Position numbers and translations under genes: made by a program. The notes under the pieces are model-generated. The model did not search any database. It was not told the DNA's origin and saw nothing but the letters and a program-made list of their open reading frames with translations. A DNA stretch of 62,425 bases from Nitrososphaera sp. (GTDB lineage: Archaea; Thermoproteota; Nitrososphaeria; Nitrososphaerales; Nitrososphaeraceae), in the NCBI GenBank assembly GCA_035253045.1, contig DATFCN010000179.1:1-62425 (forward strand), read 5' to 3'. Shown here one piece after another: positions 39,125-49,074 of this stretch (position 1 is the first letter of the stretch; the number at the start of each line of letters is the position of its first letter).

Positions 39125-39267
39125 TTACTGTTAGCCAACGTTAAATAAGAGCTTTTAGCCTGAGTGATAGCAGGCAGACATTAATTATTATAGTTCATCA
39201 GACATATTAGGCTATTACTTGAATCAGGATTGTTAATAGTAGATAATAAAATTACCAATTTTTAAGA

Positions 39268-39876
39268 TTATTCGACACATGTCTCGATTGCTCCGCCGCC
39301 TTCAATTATCGAGCGAGCGTTTTCGAATGGAAGGGACGCCACATCTTCCTGTGCATATGGTCCGTACTTGTTCATATCTATTCCGACAAATGCTTCCATC
39401 GGCTTGAGGAATCTGACCACTATTTGTTTTGAGCGCATCTTTGCAGATATCGACTCTAACACCTTTGGTCTACCTTTGGTCAAGGCGGCCATAACTTCAT
39501 CTATTCTTTTGTTTGATTCCCGTTTGCCATCAAGGATATATTTTTCTTCACCAGTTAGCTTTGAATAGTCCAGTGTCTCCTCACTCGAACTGATCTTGGC
39601 CTGTCTTGTCTCTATCACAAGGATTGAGGAAATCGCTAGCATCTCGACCATTCTGTCCCTTATCTTTGCTTCGACACCTTCACAGGCCTGACCTTTCAGG
39701 CTGCCTAACACCTCTGCTACTTTCTGGAAAGTATCTGGCCCCATTGGCTGAAGTGTTGGTGTTTCAATTTCTTTTTCCAACATTTTATAGATATTCTTGA
39801 GCGCAAGGCTAGCGCTACTCTCGGCGTTTAGTTCATTGTTATTTTGTTGCCCAGCTGTTGTTGACATTTGGCTCAC
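39268..39876 (-). CDS. GINS complex subunit (Gins51/Gins15)
   Basis: Helical A domain (LT.EEK) plus B domain VRFLKP..AFVGIDMNKYGPY..EDVASLPFENA. Confidence 0.85.
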   Translation of the reverse strand: MSQMSTTAGQQNNNELNAESSASLALKNIYKMLEKEIETPTLQPMGPDTFQKVAEVLGSLKGQACEGVEAKIRDRMVEMLAISSILVIETRQAKISSSEETLDYSKLTGEEKYILDGKRESNKRIDEVMAALTKGRPKVLESISAKMRSKQIVVRFLKPMEAFVGIDMNKYGPYAQEDVASLPFENARSIIEGGGAIETCVE

Positions 39877-39924
39877 TAATCCTTAAATTATAGGATTTTA
39901 GTGCCTACTGTTGGGATATCTTAA

Positions 39925-41388
39925 TTGCCTTATAAATTGGTTGATGGCATGATCGAATCAGTAACATTTAGTTCTGAAGAAGTGATGCGACGGCTCAAAG
40001 AAGATAACGTCAAGTTCCTCGATTTGCAGTTCACAGGGCTTTTTGGCCGATTCCACCACACCACAATTGACTCCAAGATGTTCCGGATCCAAGATTTCAA
40101 TGATGGCCTTCCAAAGCTGGATGGATCTTCAATACGCGGTTTTACAGAAATACACGAATCTGATCTTATAATAAGGCCAGATTCAGTTACATATGCTACC
40201 ATACCTTGGATCGAGACGCCTACTGCTAGGTTAATATGTGATATTTTGAGTGGAGGGAGTAAGCGCGAGATATTTCCTCGCGACCCTCGCGGCATTGCAA
40301 AAAAAGCAGAAAGGTATCTCATAGATCAAGGCTTTGAGACATCTTATTGGGGCCCCGAAGTTGAATTCTTTGTCTTTGACAAACTTGAGGTTAACACTAT
40401 GACTCCTTATCAAGGTCAGAGCTATCACATTACATCAAAAGAAGCGCCGTGGTCTACCGACAGTGTGGGTTATGCGCTTAGGCTCAAAGAGGGATATCTT
40501 CCAAGTGCGCCAGGCGATACTCTCATGGAATATCGAAATGAATGTGTTGATGTACTTACGAATAATTTCGGAATAGTATGCGACGCCCATCACCACGAAG
40601 TAGCGACTGCGGGTCAGTGCGAAATAGACATTAGATTCGATACCTTGGTTAACGCCGCGGATGCTGTTCAAAGTTACAAGTATATCGTTAAGAATATTGC
40701 AAAGAAACAAAACATGATTGCGACGATGATGCCAAAACCCATAGCACTCGACAATGGCTCTGGCATGCACGTTAATGTCAGCATTTGGAACAAGGGCAAG
40801 AACCTATTCTATGACTCGGCTGACGAGTACGCAGAAATCTCACAGATCGCACGTTATTTTTGTGGAGGTATAATAGAACATGCTAGAGCACTTGCAGGAA
40901 TCGTAGCACCTACTACCAACTCTTACAGGAGGCTGGTGCCTGGCTATGAGGCGCCAGTGTACGTAGCATGGAGCACAGGCAATCGATCTGCAATAATCAG
41001 GATCCCTGCTCATTATAAGGGAACCAATTTTGCTCACTTAAAGCGAATAGAGTTTAGAGCGCCTGATCCTTCATGTAACCCATACCTTGCGTTTTCAGCC
41101 ATCCTTGCAAGCGGCCTTGATGGCATCAAGAAGAAGAAGGATATAGGAGACCCTGTGAATGAGGATATCTTTAGGATGTCCCCCGATAGGAGGCGCCAAT
41201 TTGGTATAACGCAGCTTCCAGCAAGCTTGAGAGACGCATATGAGGAGCTTAGAAGCGATAACATGTTCTTAAAGCCGATATTTGACAGCGAGATCATAGA
41301 TAGAATAATAGAGCACGAGGAGAAGGAGCACGTAGAGCTGGCTGTGAGACCTCATCCACATGAGTTTTCAATGTATGCCGACGTATAA
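39925..41388 (+). CDS. glnA: Glutamine synthetase type I
   Basis: DGSSIRGF, GPEVEFF, HHEVATAGQCEI, MPKP..DNGSGMH, NRSA, EFRAPD. Confidence 0.97.
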   Translation: MPYKLVDGMIESVTFSSEEVMRRLKEDNVKFLDLQFTGLFGRFHHTTIDSKMFRIQDFNDGLPKLDGSSIRGFTEIHESDLIIRPDSVTYATIPWIETPTARLICDILSGGSKREIFPRDPRGIAKKAERYLIDQGFETSYWGPEVEFFVFDKLEVNTMTPYQGQSYHITSKEAPWSTDSVGYALRLKEGYLPSAPGDTLMEYRNECVDVLTNNFGIVCDAHHHEVATAGQCEIDIRFDTLVNAADAVQSYKYIVKNIAKKQNMIATMMPKPIALDNGSGMHVNVSIWNKGKNLFYDSADEYAEISQIARYFCGGIIEHARALAGIVAPTTNSYRRLVPGYEAPVYVAWSTGNRSAIIRIPAHYKGTNFAHLKRIEFRAPDPSCNPYLAFSAILASGLDGIKKKKDIGDPVNEDIFRMSPDRRRQFGITQLPASLRDAYEELRSDNMFLKPIFDSEIIDRIIEHEEKEHVELAVRPHPHEFSMYADV

Positions 41389-42068
41389 CCTCTTTTTGCA
41401 TAATTAATCTCGCAACTCTAAAAAATAAAAAATCTCACCTTCTCCTTTCATCAATAAAGAGGCAAGACTGCAAGTGTTATCTAATCTCGATAGTAGTGGA
41501 CATAAGTAATACTAGGAAAATTATTCGAGAAGGGACAAGTAATTAGTCAATGCTTGGTTCCAGCATTACCATAAATTTTTTCAATCAATAGAGGTTTACA
41601 GCAAGAAGAGGCTCTGCTCTCTTTCAATAGGTCAGGCGGCCTAGCATGCAGGTTATAAGAAACCGCAAAGACATTAGACATAAACCCAACCTCCTGACAG
41701 TTATCGCTAGGCAACCTTGAAAAACATGCAGGCTCAGGATGCAGGTATCCAGACACTAATAATAAAACCAAAACATGCAACATGCAGAAATAACTGCATT
41801 TCAGTAGTACGCTGTAAAATTATACATCATATTGATTATAAGAAATTATTAAAAGGTAATTCTAAGCGTTAGGATGATCTTCGTTGGTCAACAAATGTAT
41901 GAACATAAATCAGATCAGACTCTTTTGGGTATGGAAAATTGTAAGAGGGGATCTTCTCTTTCTCAGGGTTTGTTATGATACAATATTATATAGAAGTGTA
42001 CAAGATTTACAAATACACACATATGCTTTCGAAATCATGATATAAGCGCATTCGGTAGTTGAGATAAA

Positions 42069-42371
42069 ATGTTGGACGATGATTCCTCTTTGTCATCCTC
42101 GGCTGCGATCCCTTTCCCAACACTTACAATCCTTTATTTACCATCAGAGGCCAAAATAGTGGTTGAAGAAGTGGGTCAGAAATATCCCAACAGTACAGTA
42201 GAGGAGTGCATTGGTTTTTTCCACGGCGTGCAGAAACATTATAAGAAGGTCACGATTTGGAGTCAGGGCATAGACAGTCTGTGGCTCAATGCGCTAGTAG
42301 CAAGGGCAAAGGAGCTTGCTGGTGTGGAATTTGTAACGCTTGTTTCAGGCGGCATAATGTACCTACTATAG
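42069..42371 (+). CDS. Hypothetical protein
   Basis: 100-aa ORF with upstream TATA-like GATATAAG. Confidence 0.7.
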   Translation: MLDDDSSLSSSAAIPFPTLTILYLPSEAKIVVEEVGQKYPNSTVEECIGFFHGVQKHYKKVTIWSQGIDSLWLNALVARAKELAGVEFVTLVSGGIMYLL

Positions 42372-42594
42372 TATCCAAAGATCAAATTAACTAAAGAATA
42401 GGTAATTGCCTCTCACGATTACGTTCACAGTATATAATGCAACAATATCTCAAATAACCAGGACAACGAGTCAAGAGAGGCAAAAAATGCAGAGTGCCTA
42501 TTTTCAATATTTTGATCAGATCTGGATGATTCGTACAGACAGATTACCTCTTGGACCTTAATCTCAAATAATACTTGCAGCCATATGGTATGAT

Positions 42595-42732
42595 ATGAAA
42601 GAAGAAGAGAAAAAAGTAAAGCACTGTCCTATTTGTGGATGTACTGAGCACAGGCTCATCGGGTGTGGCAAACACTGGAGAAAACATCAAGAAGGGCCAG
42701 ATGGCAAATGTATGACTCGCTCATCATTTTAG
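42595..42732 (+). CDS. 45-aa CCHC zinc-knuckle microprotein (absent from ORF track)
   Basis: MKEEEKKVKHCPICGCTEHRLIGCGKHWRKHQEGPDGKCMTRSSF*; exact C-x2-C-x4-H-x4-C. Confidence 0.7.
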   Translation: MKEEEKKVKHCPICGCTEHRLIGCGKHWRKHQEGPDGKCMTRSSF

Positions 42733-43272
42733 TTCATAAAGGGCGACTGAGAGTTTGAATGCCAGCTTATCATCAGTTGCAGTTGCAATCGGGACCACAT
42801 ATTTTTGGGTCTCTTCTTTGTATCTTGTCACCTTATCCTTGAAAGTCTGCCCCTTCATGTTTCGGATATCATCCAGCCGCTCTGCCAGTTTAATGTACCG
42901 AGTATCCTTGGACGCTTTTGTCATCTTAGCAAAATATTCTTCTGAGACCTTTTCCTTGTCCCAGGAATCAATAGCATTTAATATCGAATATACGCGATCT
43001 CCAAACTCCTTCAGATCGTCGTCGGGTATCTGAGCATCATGCAATAGTGCAGCGCAGACAAGATCAGTATCACGTATCTTGAGCTCTTCGGCTAGAATTA
43101 GCGCAACTCTCAGAGAACGGCCAATATAGTGTTCATATTTATTTACAGAATATCGTCTATTATAGGCCTTGGTTGCAAGCCCAAATGCTCTTGTGATCTG
43201 GACAACGTCATCAGGGTTATCGTCAAACGACCTGAGCAGCCTAGTGAACCCAGTTTTAAGGTCCGAATTCAT
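42724..43272 (-). CDS. HD-domain protein of RelA/SpoT hydrolase (Mesh1/SAH-like) type, degenerate
   Basis: VALILA, CAALLHD, FG..V, IKLAERLDDIR (compare VKLADRLHNMR). Confidence 0.8.
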   Translation of the reverse strand: MNSDLKTGFTRLLRSFDDNPDDVVQITRAFGLATKAYNRRYSVNKYEHYIGRSLRVALILAEELKIRDTDLVCAALLHDAQIPDDDLKEFGDRVYSILNAIDSWDKEKVSEEYFAKMTKASKDTRYIKLAERLDDIRNMKGQTFKDKVTRYKEETQKYVVPIATATDDKLAFKLSVALYELK

Positions 43273-43320
43273 AAATGTTAAGCCTAGACTTAAACCCCTA
43301 AATGTAACTTTGCCTCTTCC

Positions 43321-44010
43321 TTATTGTTCGTATCCAATTATTGGCATTCCTCCGAAAACATTTGTAGCTTCAGTCATGTTTTCAAATCCTACAACCAGTA
43401 TACCATTTTGGATCATTATCGTGACAGGAGCATCTTGTAACACAGTGCTATTGTTTGAGAGAACATCTATCATACCTGCTAACACTAAATTGTTATTTAT
43501 CTGATTAACGGAATGCACCTCAAGCCCGCTCATTCTAAACTCAATAGAGCCCGTACCGTTTGAGGGTTTGTAGGTAAAATTGGTGACAAATCCTGACGTA
43601 CTGTTTAAAGACCAGTCGCCAAAGAGGACTGCTTCCACTTCACCGCTTGTGAGGTTGAGACGAGAGCTTGCAATCTTGCCTGATGATTGCATATTTATTT
43701 GAAGGTTATTATTCCCTGTACTTGTCACTATACTATTTGAAGAAGAAACACCATCACTGCTACTGCTTTCGCTTACTATAACGGAGTTACTCGAAGAGCT
43801 TGACTGTAAGGAGCCTGATGACTGCTGGGTTACCGTAGTATCATCATCATTTGAATACTGCTCGCTCATCATAGAGGACTGCTGCTGTTGTGTAATTGTT
43901 GAGGCGGCCGCAGTACTATTGTTGGTTCCATAACCACCAACGATAACAAAGGCAGCGGTGAAAAGTAATAGCACAGTTGCAACATACAGAGCCAGAATCA
44001 TATTGGGCAT
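43321..44010 (-). CDS. Secreted or membrane-anchored Ser/Gln-rich protein
   Basis: N-terminal hydrophobic segment, S/Q-rich linker, beta-rich C-terminal domain. Confidence 0.8.
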   Translation of the reverse strand: MPNMILALYVATVLLLFTAAFVIVGGYGTNNSTAAASTITQQQQSSMMSEQYSNDDDTTVTQQSSGSLQSSSSSNSVIVSESSSSDGVSSSNSIVTSTGNNNLQINMQSSGKIASSRLNLTSGEVEAVLFGDWSLNSTSGFVTNFTYKPSNGTGSIEFRMSGLEVHSVNQINNNLVLAGMIDVLSNNSTVLQDAPVTIMIQNGILVVGFENMTEATNVFGGMPIIGYEQ

Positions 44011-44867
44011 AAACTAATAAAGCTTATAAAGATTGTTTATATAGCACATCAGTTTTATCTATTACAATTCATATATAGAAAATTAATCGAATCACAAATC
44101 GACTAAACTGATCAATTTTCTGCTTTCCTGCTCTACCAGGCATTAGGAACATACGCATCGGGGCTTTTAGACTGTATATAGACGTATATACATCAAAAAT
44201 TTCTCATAAAATGAGAGTTGAATCTGCCTATAATGTATTCGCCTATCAGGAAGATAGATCTATCCAAAGAGAAAGGGTCTGTGCATGCGCCTCACCATCA
44301 AGGCCTACTGAAATATTTTCATAGGACTATATCAGAGTAGCACAATTCTCAGCTAATCTAATTTATCTACTTGTCAAAAAACATACAATCAATATCATAT
44401 CTGTCGACTCGCTTCTCAATATGACCTTTTGCATTAAGGCGCCTTCTCCAGCTAGTAGTGGTGGTCTGTACAAATGTTTACTTAATCCACATCATCTGAC
44501 CATCCTTAATAAGCAATCTTGCATAATTAGAATAACAAAACTACAAGATCAGTAGAGTCATCTAGGCAGTGGCCACGATTGGCACGTTGATGCATCGTTC
44601 ATTTTAGTCGCTATGTTCAAATATTTCTGCATGCATATGGAACAGGTAGTCCTGCTAGTTGTCTTCACAATATTGATCACAGGAATGCAGGCTCATAATT
44701 GCTAACAGTAACAAGACAAACTTCCATAATTTTCATAAACATTATTCTGACGCCGCTATCAAAAAGAAAATACATCAACAGTGGTAGTTAGGCAGAGAGA
44801 TCTCATATTGAGGATCAACCCAAAAGCCCGACCTCGGACGACATAGAGATAATTGGATGCACATTCA

Positions 44868-45212
44868 TCACAGAGAGTTTGTATTGCTATTGTCATCAAT
44901 TGATGGGAACTGGCTTTTGTCGCCCCCCATCGAGTCTGTTGATCCTGACACCTCCCATTCGCCTTGAGCAGGTGTAGGGGATGTCACTTCTTCAGATGCA
45001 ATCTCGGTGAATGCCGCAGGACCAGGCACCTTTCCAACATGCCTGGTCTTTGTCTTAGACTCTGCTTTTCTTCGGGATGCTTTTTTCTTGCCATCCTTAC
45101 GAACCTTGGTCGTAGCTTTTTTCTTTGTGTTGCCCTTTTTCCTTGCTTTTGAGATATTTGCTTGCTTTCCCCTCTTTTGTTTACTTTTGGCTTTTGCCAT
45201 AACGGTTACCAT
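44868..45212 (-). CDS. Lys-rich disordered protein with basic N-half and acidic C-half
   Basis: AKAKSKQKRGK...KKGNTKKKATTKVRKDGKKKASRRK followed by an E/D/S-rich tail. Confidence 0.7.
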   Translation of the reverse strand: MVTVMAKAKSKQKRGKQANISKARKKGNTKKKATTKVRKDGKKKASRRKAESKTKTRHVGKVPGPAAFTEIASEEVTSPTPAQGEWEVSGSTDSMGGDKSQFPSIDDNSNTNSL

Positions 45213-45650
45213 TATTAATCACTTATTCTTAAGGTTGTCCTTTTTAGGCAAGCAGAAAAACGGTTTATAAAAATATGCAAAAAACAAATAGATACATAAA
45301 AAAGAGATAAAAGAAATGCGAATGTCCTTCCTACATCGGTCAATAAGTTTAATCTACAATGGAATAGAAGCAACAAAGTAGTAGGCTATTTGCCGCCCAT
45401 AGCCCTGAAATAATTACAGATCTTCCTGTTCGTAGGCTGCTACCGACTTGGTTTAGGTGTTTACAATATATACATGCCAACCAACTTATTAACTCAAAAA
45501 TATCCTTTTGTAATATTATACTATCATTACAACATTTTTTAGTAAACAGAATTTCGGTAGCCAGAAGTGCTAAATCTTTCATAAATTTCTGTGGCGTGGC
45601 ATTAGTTAGAATAAGATATAATAATTCATTTAACTTACAAGTCTCCATTC

Positions 45651-46223
45651 TTGACTGACAGCAAAGACTACTATGCAGTTCTTGGAGTTTCAGAGAAGGC
45701 CAGCTACAAACAGATCAAGTACTCCTATAGGCGGCTTGCCCGAAAATACCACCCAGATAGGAATAACTCAGTCTATGCTGAAGAAATGATAAAAAAGATA
45801 AACACTGCCTTTGAAGTTCTGTCAGATGAGACAAAGAGGGCGCAATATGACAAGTTGGAATTTGACAGCTCGTTTGAGAGGATGCAGCCAAAACAAGAGC
45901 CAGTATATGCAAATCCCAAGTCATGGAAAACGGCAAATGAAAGTGAGACTCCAGATATTTTCAATGGGCAATACTTGCTTGATATACCAAGGGGCAGATT
46001 CCACATAATTGTCGAGCCTTCGCTTTGTATGGCATTTGGAAGTTGCGAAGTTCTTGCACCAAAAGTTTTTGTGGTAGAAAAGAACAAGATGGTCAATCCG
46101 AAGGCGAAGGTCGAATGCGAGACATGTGCTGACTATGAAAGCATACATGCTGCTGCAGCCACCTGCCCGACTAAGGCCATAAGGATCATCGACCGCTATA
46201 CGGGGGATCAGCTCTATCCATAG
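45651..46223 (+). CDS. DnaJ-ferredoxin fusion (J domain plus Fe-S domain)
   Basis: DYYAVLGV, HPD, INTAFEVLSD; CMAFGSC...ATCPTKAI. Confidence 0.9.
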   Translation: MTDSKDYYAVLGVSEKASYKQIKYSYRRLARKYHPDRNNSVYAEEMIKKINTAFEVLSDETKRAQYDKLEFDSSFERMQPKQEPVYANPKSWKTANESETPDIFNGQYLLDIPRGRFHIIVEPSLCMAFGSCEVLAPKVFVVEKNKMVNPKAKVECETCADYESIHAAAATCPTKAIRIIDRYTGDQLYP

Positions 46224-46258
46224 TAAATTTAAATTGCTCTGCAATTGTGCTGTAACTC

Positions 46259-46984
46259 ATGAAGCTTTTCTGTATTGGATGCGGTCCAGGAGACCCAGAT
46301 CTTCTCACGGTGCGGGCAGCAGATCTTATAAAAAGCGCAGATATGATATTTGCACCCACTGCAAGAGAAGGCAAATCCAGCATTGCACTTTCTGTCGTTG
46401 AAAAATACATTAGCAAGTCTACCAAGACAATCAGTCTTATTTTTCCTATGGTGAAGAATAGAGAATCGCTCAGAGATTACTGGAAGAGAAATGCTGACGA
46501 AATTGCAAGTGCAGTTGCAACCGGCAAAAAAGTTGTGTACCTGACAGTAGGAGATCCAGCGCTCTATAGCACATGGATATATATCCAACGCGAATTAAAA
46601 ATGACACATAAGGACATTGAAATTGAAATAGTGCCTGGTGTGACGTCAATGTTTGCAATTGCCGCCAAAGCGGGGATAAGTTTGGCTGAAGGTGACGAAA
46701 CTGTGGCTATCGTACCAGCGTGCTACGATCTGGAAAAAGTCAAGCGCACAGCCAGCGCCTGTGATACAGTCATTTTTCTAAAGGATGGACGTTACTTTGA
46801 TAGTGTAATCAACATGCTAGGCGAAGCAGGCTTTCCCGACACAGCAACTGTTGCAATAGCTCAGAATGTTTCAGAGGAAGGCGAATTACTTGAAATGAAA
46901 AAGATTTCAGAACTTCGAGGCAAAAAGGGCCCAACTGAAAAGTACTTTTCCATCATGGTGGCAAAAAAGAATGTCAGAGACTAG
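46259..46984 (+). CDS. cobI: Precorrin-2/cobalt-factor II C20-methyltransferase
   Basis: GCGPGDPDLLTVRA, LIFPM, TVGDPALYST, VPGVTS. Confidence 0.9.
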   Translation: MKLFCIGCGPGDPDLLTVRAADLIKSADMIFAPTAREGKSSIALSVVEKYISKSTKTISLIFPMVKNRESLRDYWKRNADEIASAVATGKKVVYLTVGDPALYSTWIYIQRELKMTHKDIEIEIVPGVTSMFAIAAKAGISLAEGDETVAIVPACYDLEKVKRTASACDTVIFLKDGRYFDSVINMLGEAGFPDTATVAIAQNVSEEGELLEMKKISELRGKKGPTEKYFSIMVAKKNVRD

Positions 46985-47771
46985 AACGGTGTATTTTGTG
47001 GGCTCAGGCCCGGGAGATCCTGAGCTTATCACGCTTAGGGCAAAAAAACTAGTAGAAGCAGCAGACACGATTATTTATTCCGGCTCACTTCTTAACCCGA
47101 GGATTCTGCAGTACGCCAAGAAAGATGCGCAGCTTTATGATGCTGCAATAATTGACAGAGAAAAGATCTATCAGATCCTGTACGACTCTGCCAAAGGAGG
47201 CAGGGTTGCCATAAGGTTCCATGATGGCGACCCAGCACTTTTCAGCGCAATTAGAGAGCAAATAGACAAGCTAGAGTCAAATGGCATAAAGTGCAAGGTT
47301 GTGCCAGGCGTAACTGCCTTATTAGGAGCTGCTGCAGACATGAACTTAGAGCTAACGCTACCGGGAGTAACACAAACTTTGATAATAACAAGGGCGGAGC
47401 TTCGCACACCAGTTCCAAAGCGCGAGTCAATAGCTGAGCTTGCTAAACATGGCGCAACAATGGCATTCTATCTGAGTGTGCACCTAATAGGCGAAGTAGT
47501 AAATGAGATACTAAAGGGAGGTGGAGGAGTATATACAGAGAAGACTCCAGCTGCTGTAGTCTACCGTGCGACATGGGAGGATGAAAAAATAATCAAGGGG
47601 ACTCTTGGAGACATTGCAAAGAGAACAAAGGAAGCTAAGATAATCAAAACTGCACTAATAATTGTCGGCGAGGCTATTGCCCCATCAAAATATGAATATT
47701 CAAAAGTGTATGACTCAGGATTCACGCATGGATACAGAAAAGGGGCAGCAAAAGAAAAGAAAAAAGAGTGA
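46971..47771 (+). CDS. cobM: Precorrin-4 C11-methyltransferase
   Basis: GPGDPELIT, YSGSL, RFHDGDP, ELTLPGVTQTLIITR, SKVYDSGFTHGYR. Confidence 0.93.
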   Translation: MSETRTVYFVGSGPGDPELITLRAKKLVEAADTIIYSGSLLNPRILQYAKKDAQLYDAAIIDREKIYQILYDSAKGGRVAIRFHDGDPALFSAIREQIDKLESNGIKCKVVPGVTALLGAAADMNLELTLPGVTQTLIITRAELRTPVPKRESIAELAKHGATMAFYLSVHLIGEVVNEILKGGGGVYTEKTPAAVVYRATWEDEKIIKGTLGDIAKRTKEAKIIKTALIIVGEAIAPSKYEYSKVYDSGFTHGYRKGAAKEKKKE

Positions 47772-47782
47772 AGAAGAAGGTT

Positions 47783-47989
47783 TTACGGTCTTCTAGCCCA
47801 CAAGGTTATGACGCTTGTGCTAATGGCTGCTCCTGCCACTCCACTTATCAAAGCAAAAACAATGCTTGCATCCACATGCAAGATGGTTGATAATGCATGT
47901 GCAACCGTTGGCGATGCTATGAAAGCTAAAAATCCTATAGCAAATCCTATTGCTCCAAAGATTGCAAGTATTCCTGTTCTTGATACCAT
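47783..47989 (-). CDS. Small two-TM membrane protein
   Basis: Two Gly/Ala-rich helices, basic tail WARRP; starts 6 nt after the cdvB stop. Confidence 0.75.
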   Translation of the reverse strand: MVSRTGILAIFGAIGFAIGFLAFIASPTVAHALSTILHVDASIVFALISGVAGAAISTSVITLWARRP

Positions 47990-47995
47990 TTTACA

Positions 47996-48643
47996 TCACT
48001 GTTGGCTTTCGGTGTCTGAGATTCTGAAGCTTCCAGTCGGGATAGACGGGAACCTGTCGTTCATCTTCTGCTCTGCTACTGCTGAAGCTTCCATCATTAT
48101 CTGATCGATATCACTGCCAGAGCCTGTATTAATCTCAATTCCAGGACCGCTACCCTGTAAAGACTCCATCATGATACCATTGAGCAAAGTCTGCATGGTA
48201 TTGATCTCGCTATCGGCACCGGGCACGAACCTTCCAAGACCTGGCTTTAGGCCCTTTATCGAGGTTATTGCAGGTCCCAACGCGACCATTATGTCCCCCA
48301 TCTCATGTATCGTAGATAGCCTCATTGAGACTTGCTCAAATGCCATCTTGGCTTGGCTCAGTGTGCGCGAGACCTTGCGCACCTCTGCAAGTTCGTTTGA
48401 GAGCATCTTAGTAGTATCGGTGTCATGTCTCTGCACAGCATCGACTACTCGTCTAAACAAAGAGGCATCTCTCTCATTTAGTTTAGTAACTATGGTGTCT
48501 AACTTCGATATCTGTAACTGAAGCTTATTAGAGGCGGTCTCTAATCTAGGTTTAAGGGGGCCCTGAGTTGCAAGTGCTTCTTTCAACTTGTCTCCTGAGC
48601 TTACTCTAGGTTGATTACTCCAATTCTTATCGAAAGCATTCAT
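47996..48643 (-). CDS. cdvB: ESCRT-III/CdvB (Snf7) paralog
   Basis: PLKPRL, LFRRVVDAVQRHD, LSNELAEVRK, EQVSMRLSTI..GD, EASAVAEQK..FPS. Confidence 0.88.
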   Translation of the reverse strand: MNAFDKNWSNQPRVSSGDKLKEALATQGPLKPRLETASNKLQLQISKLDTIVTKLNERDASLFRRVVDAVQRHDTDTTKMLSNELAEVRKVSRTLSQAKMAFEQVSMRLSTIHEMGDIMVALGPAITSIKGLKPGLGRFVPGADSEINTMQTLLNGIMMESLQGSGPGIEINTGSGSDIDQIMMEASAVAEQKMNDRFPSIPTGSFRISDTESQQ

Positions 48644-48764
48644 AGAAGTTCGAGCAAGGATTTGCTATTAATTTCGTGTGTGTAATTCGATAAACTATAA
48701 GCTAAACTAATTGTCCTCTAGTTTTAAAGACAGTCAGCTTGTCTAATGAATAATGCTAATAAAG

Positions 48765-49058
48765 TCAGAGTGGCACTCTAAAGAGCTCCTTCTGAGTTAT
48801 TGAGGCCCATGCGCCCATCCCCGGTCCGTTATCGCCGTTTGAGCCAGTAACCTGGCTTATCACGATCTCCTTTGGAGCCATGGGCGGCCACAACATCGCC
48901 ACATAATCACCAATGTCACCGGCTCTGTCAAGGGATGCAGGGTGCATATTCTCTCTCAGGAATTTGGCGGCAACAAGTTTGTCCTTTATAGACTCTATTA
49001 GTTGATGTTGCCCGTGCACGATGAGGTGAATTTTCTTTGTATTATCGATCTCAAACAT
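48765..49058 (-). CDS. Hypothetical protein
   Basis: 97-aa ORF containing WPPMAP and GMGAWAS. Confidence 0.7.
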   Translation of the reverse strand: MFEIDNTKKIHLIVHGQHQLIESIKDKLVAAKFLRENMHPASLDRAGDIGDYVAMLWPPMAPKEIVISQVTGSNGDNGPGMGAWASITQKELFRVPL

Positions 49059-49074
49059 ACTTTATTGCTGCAAG

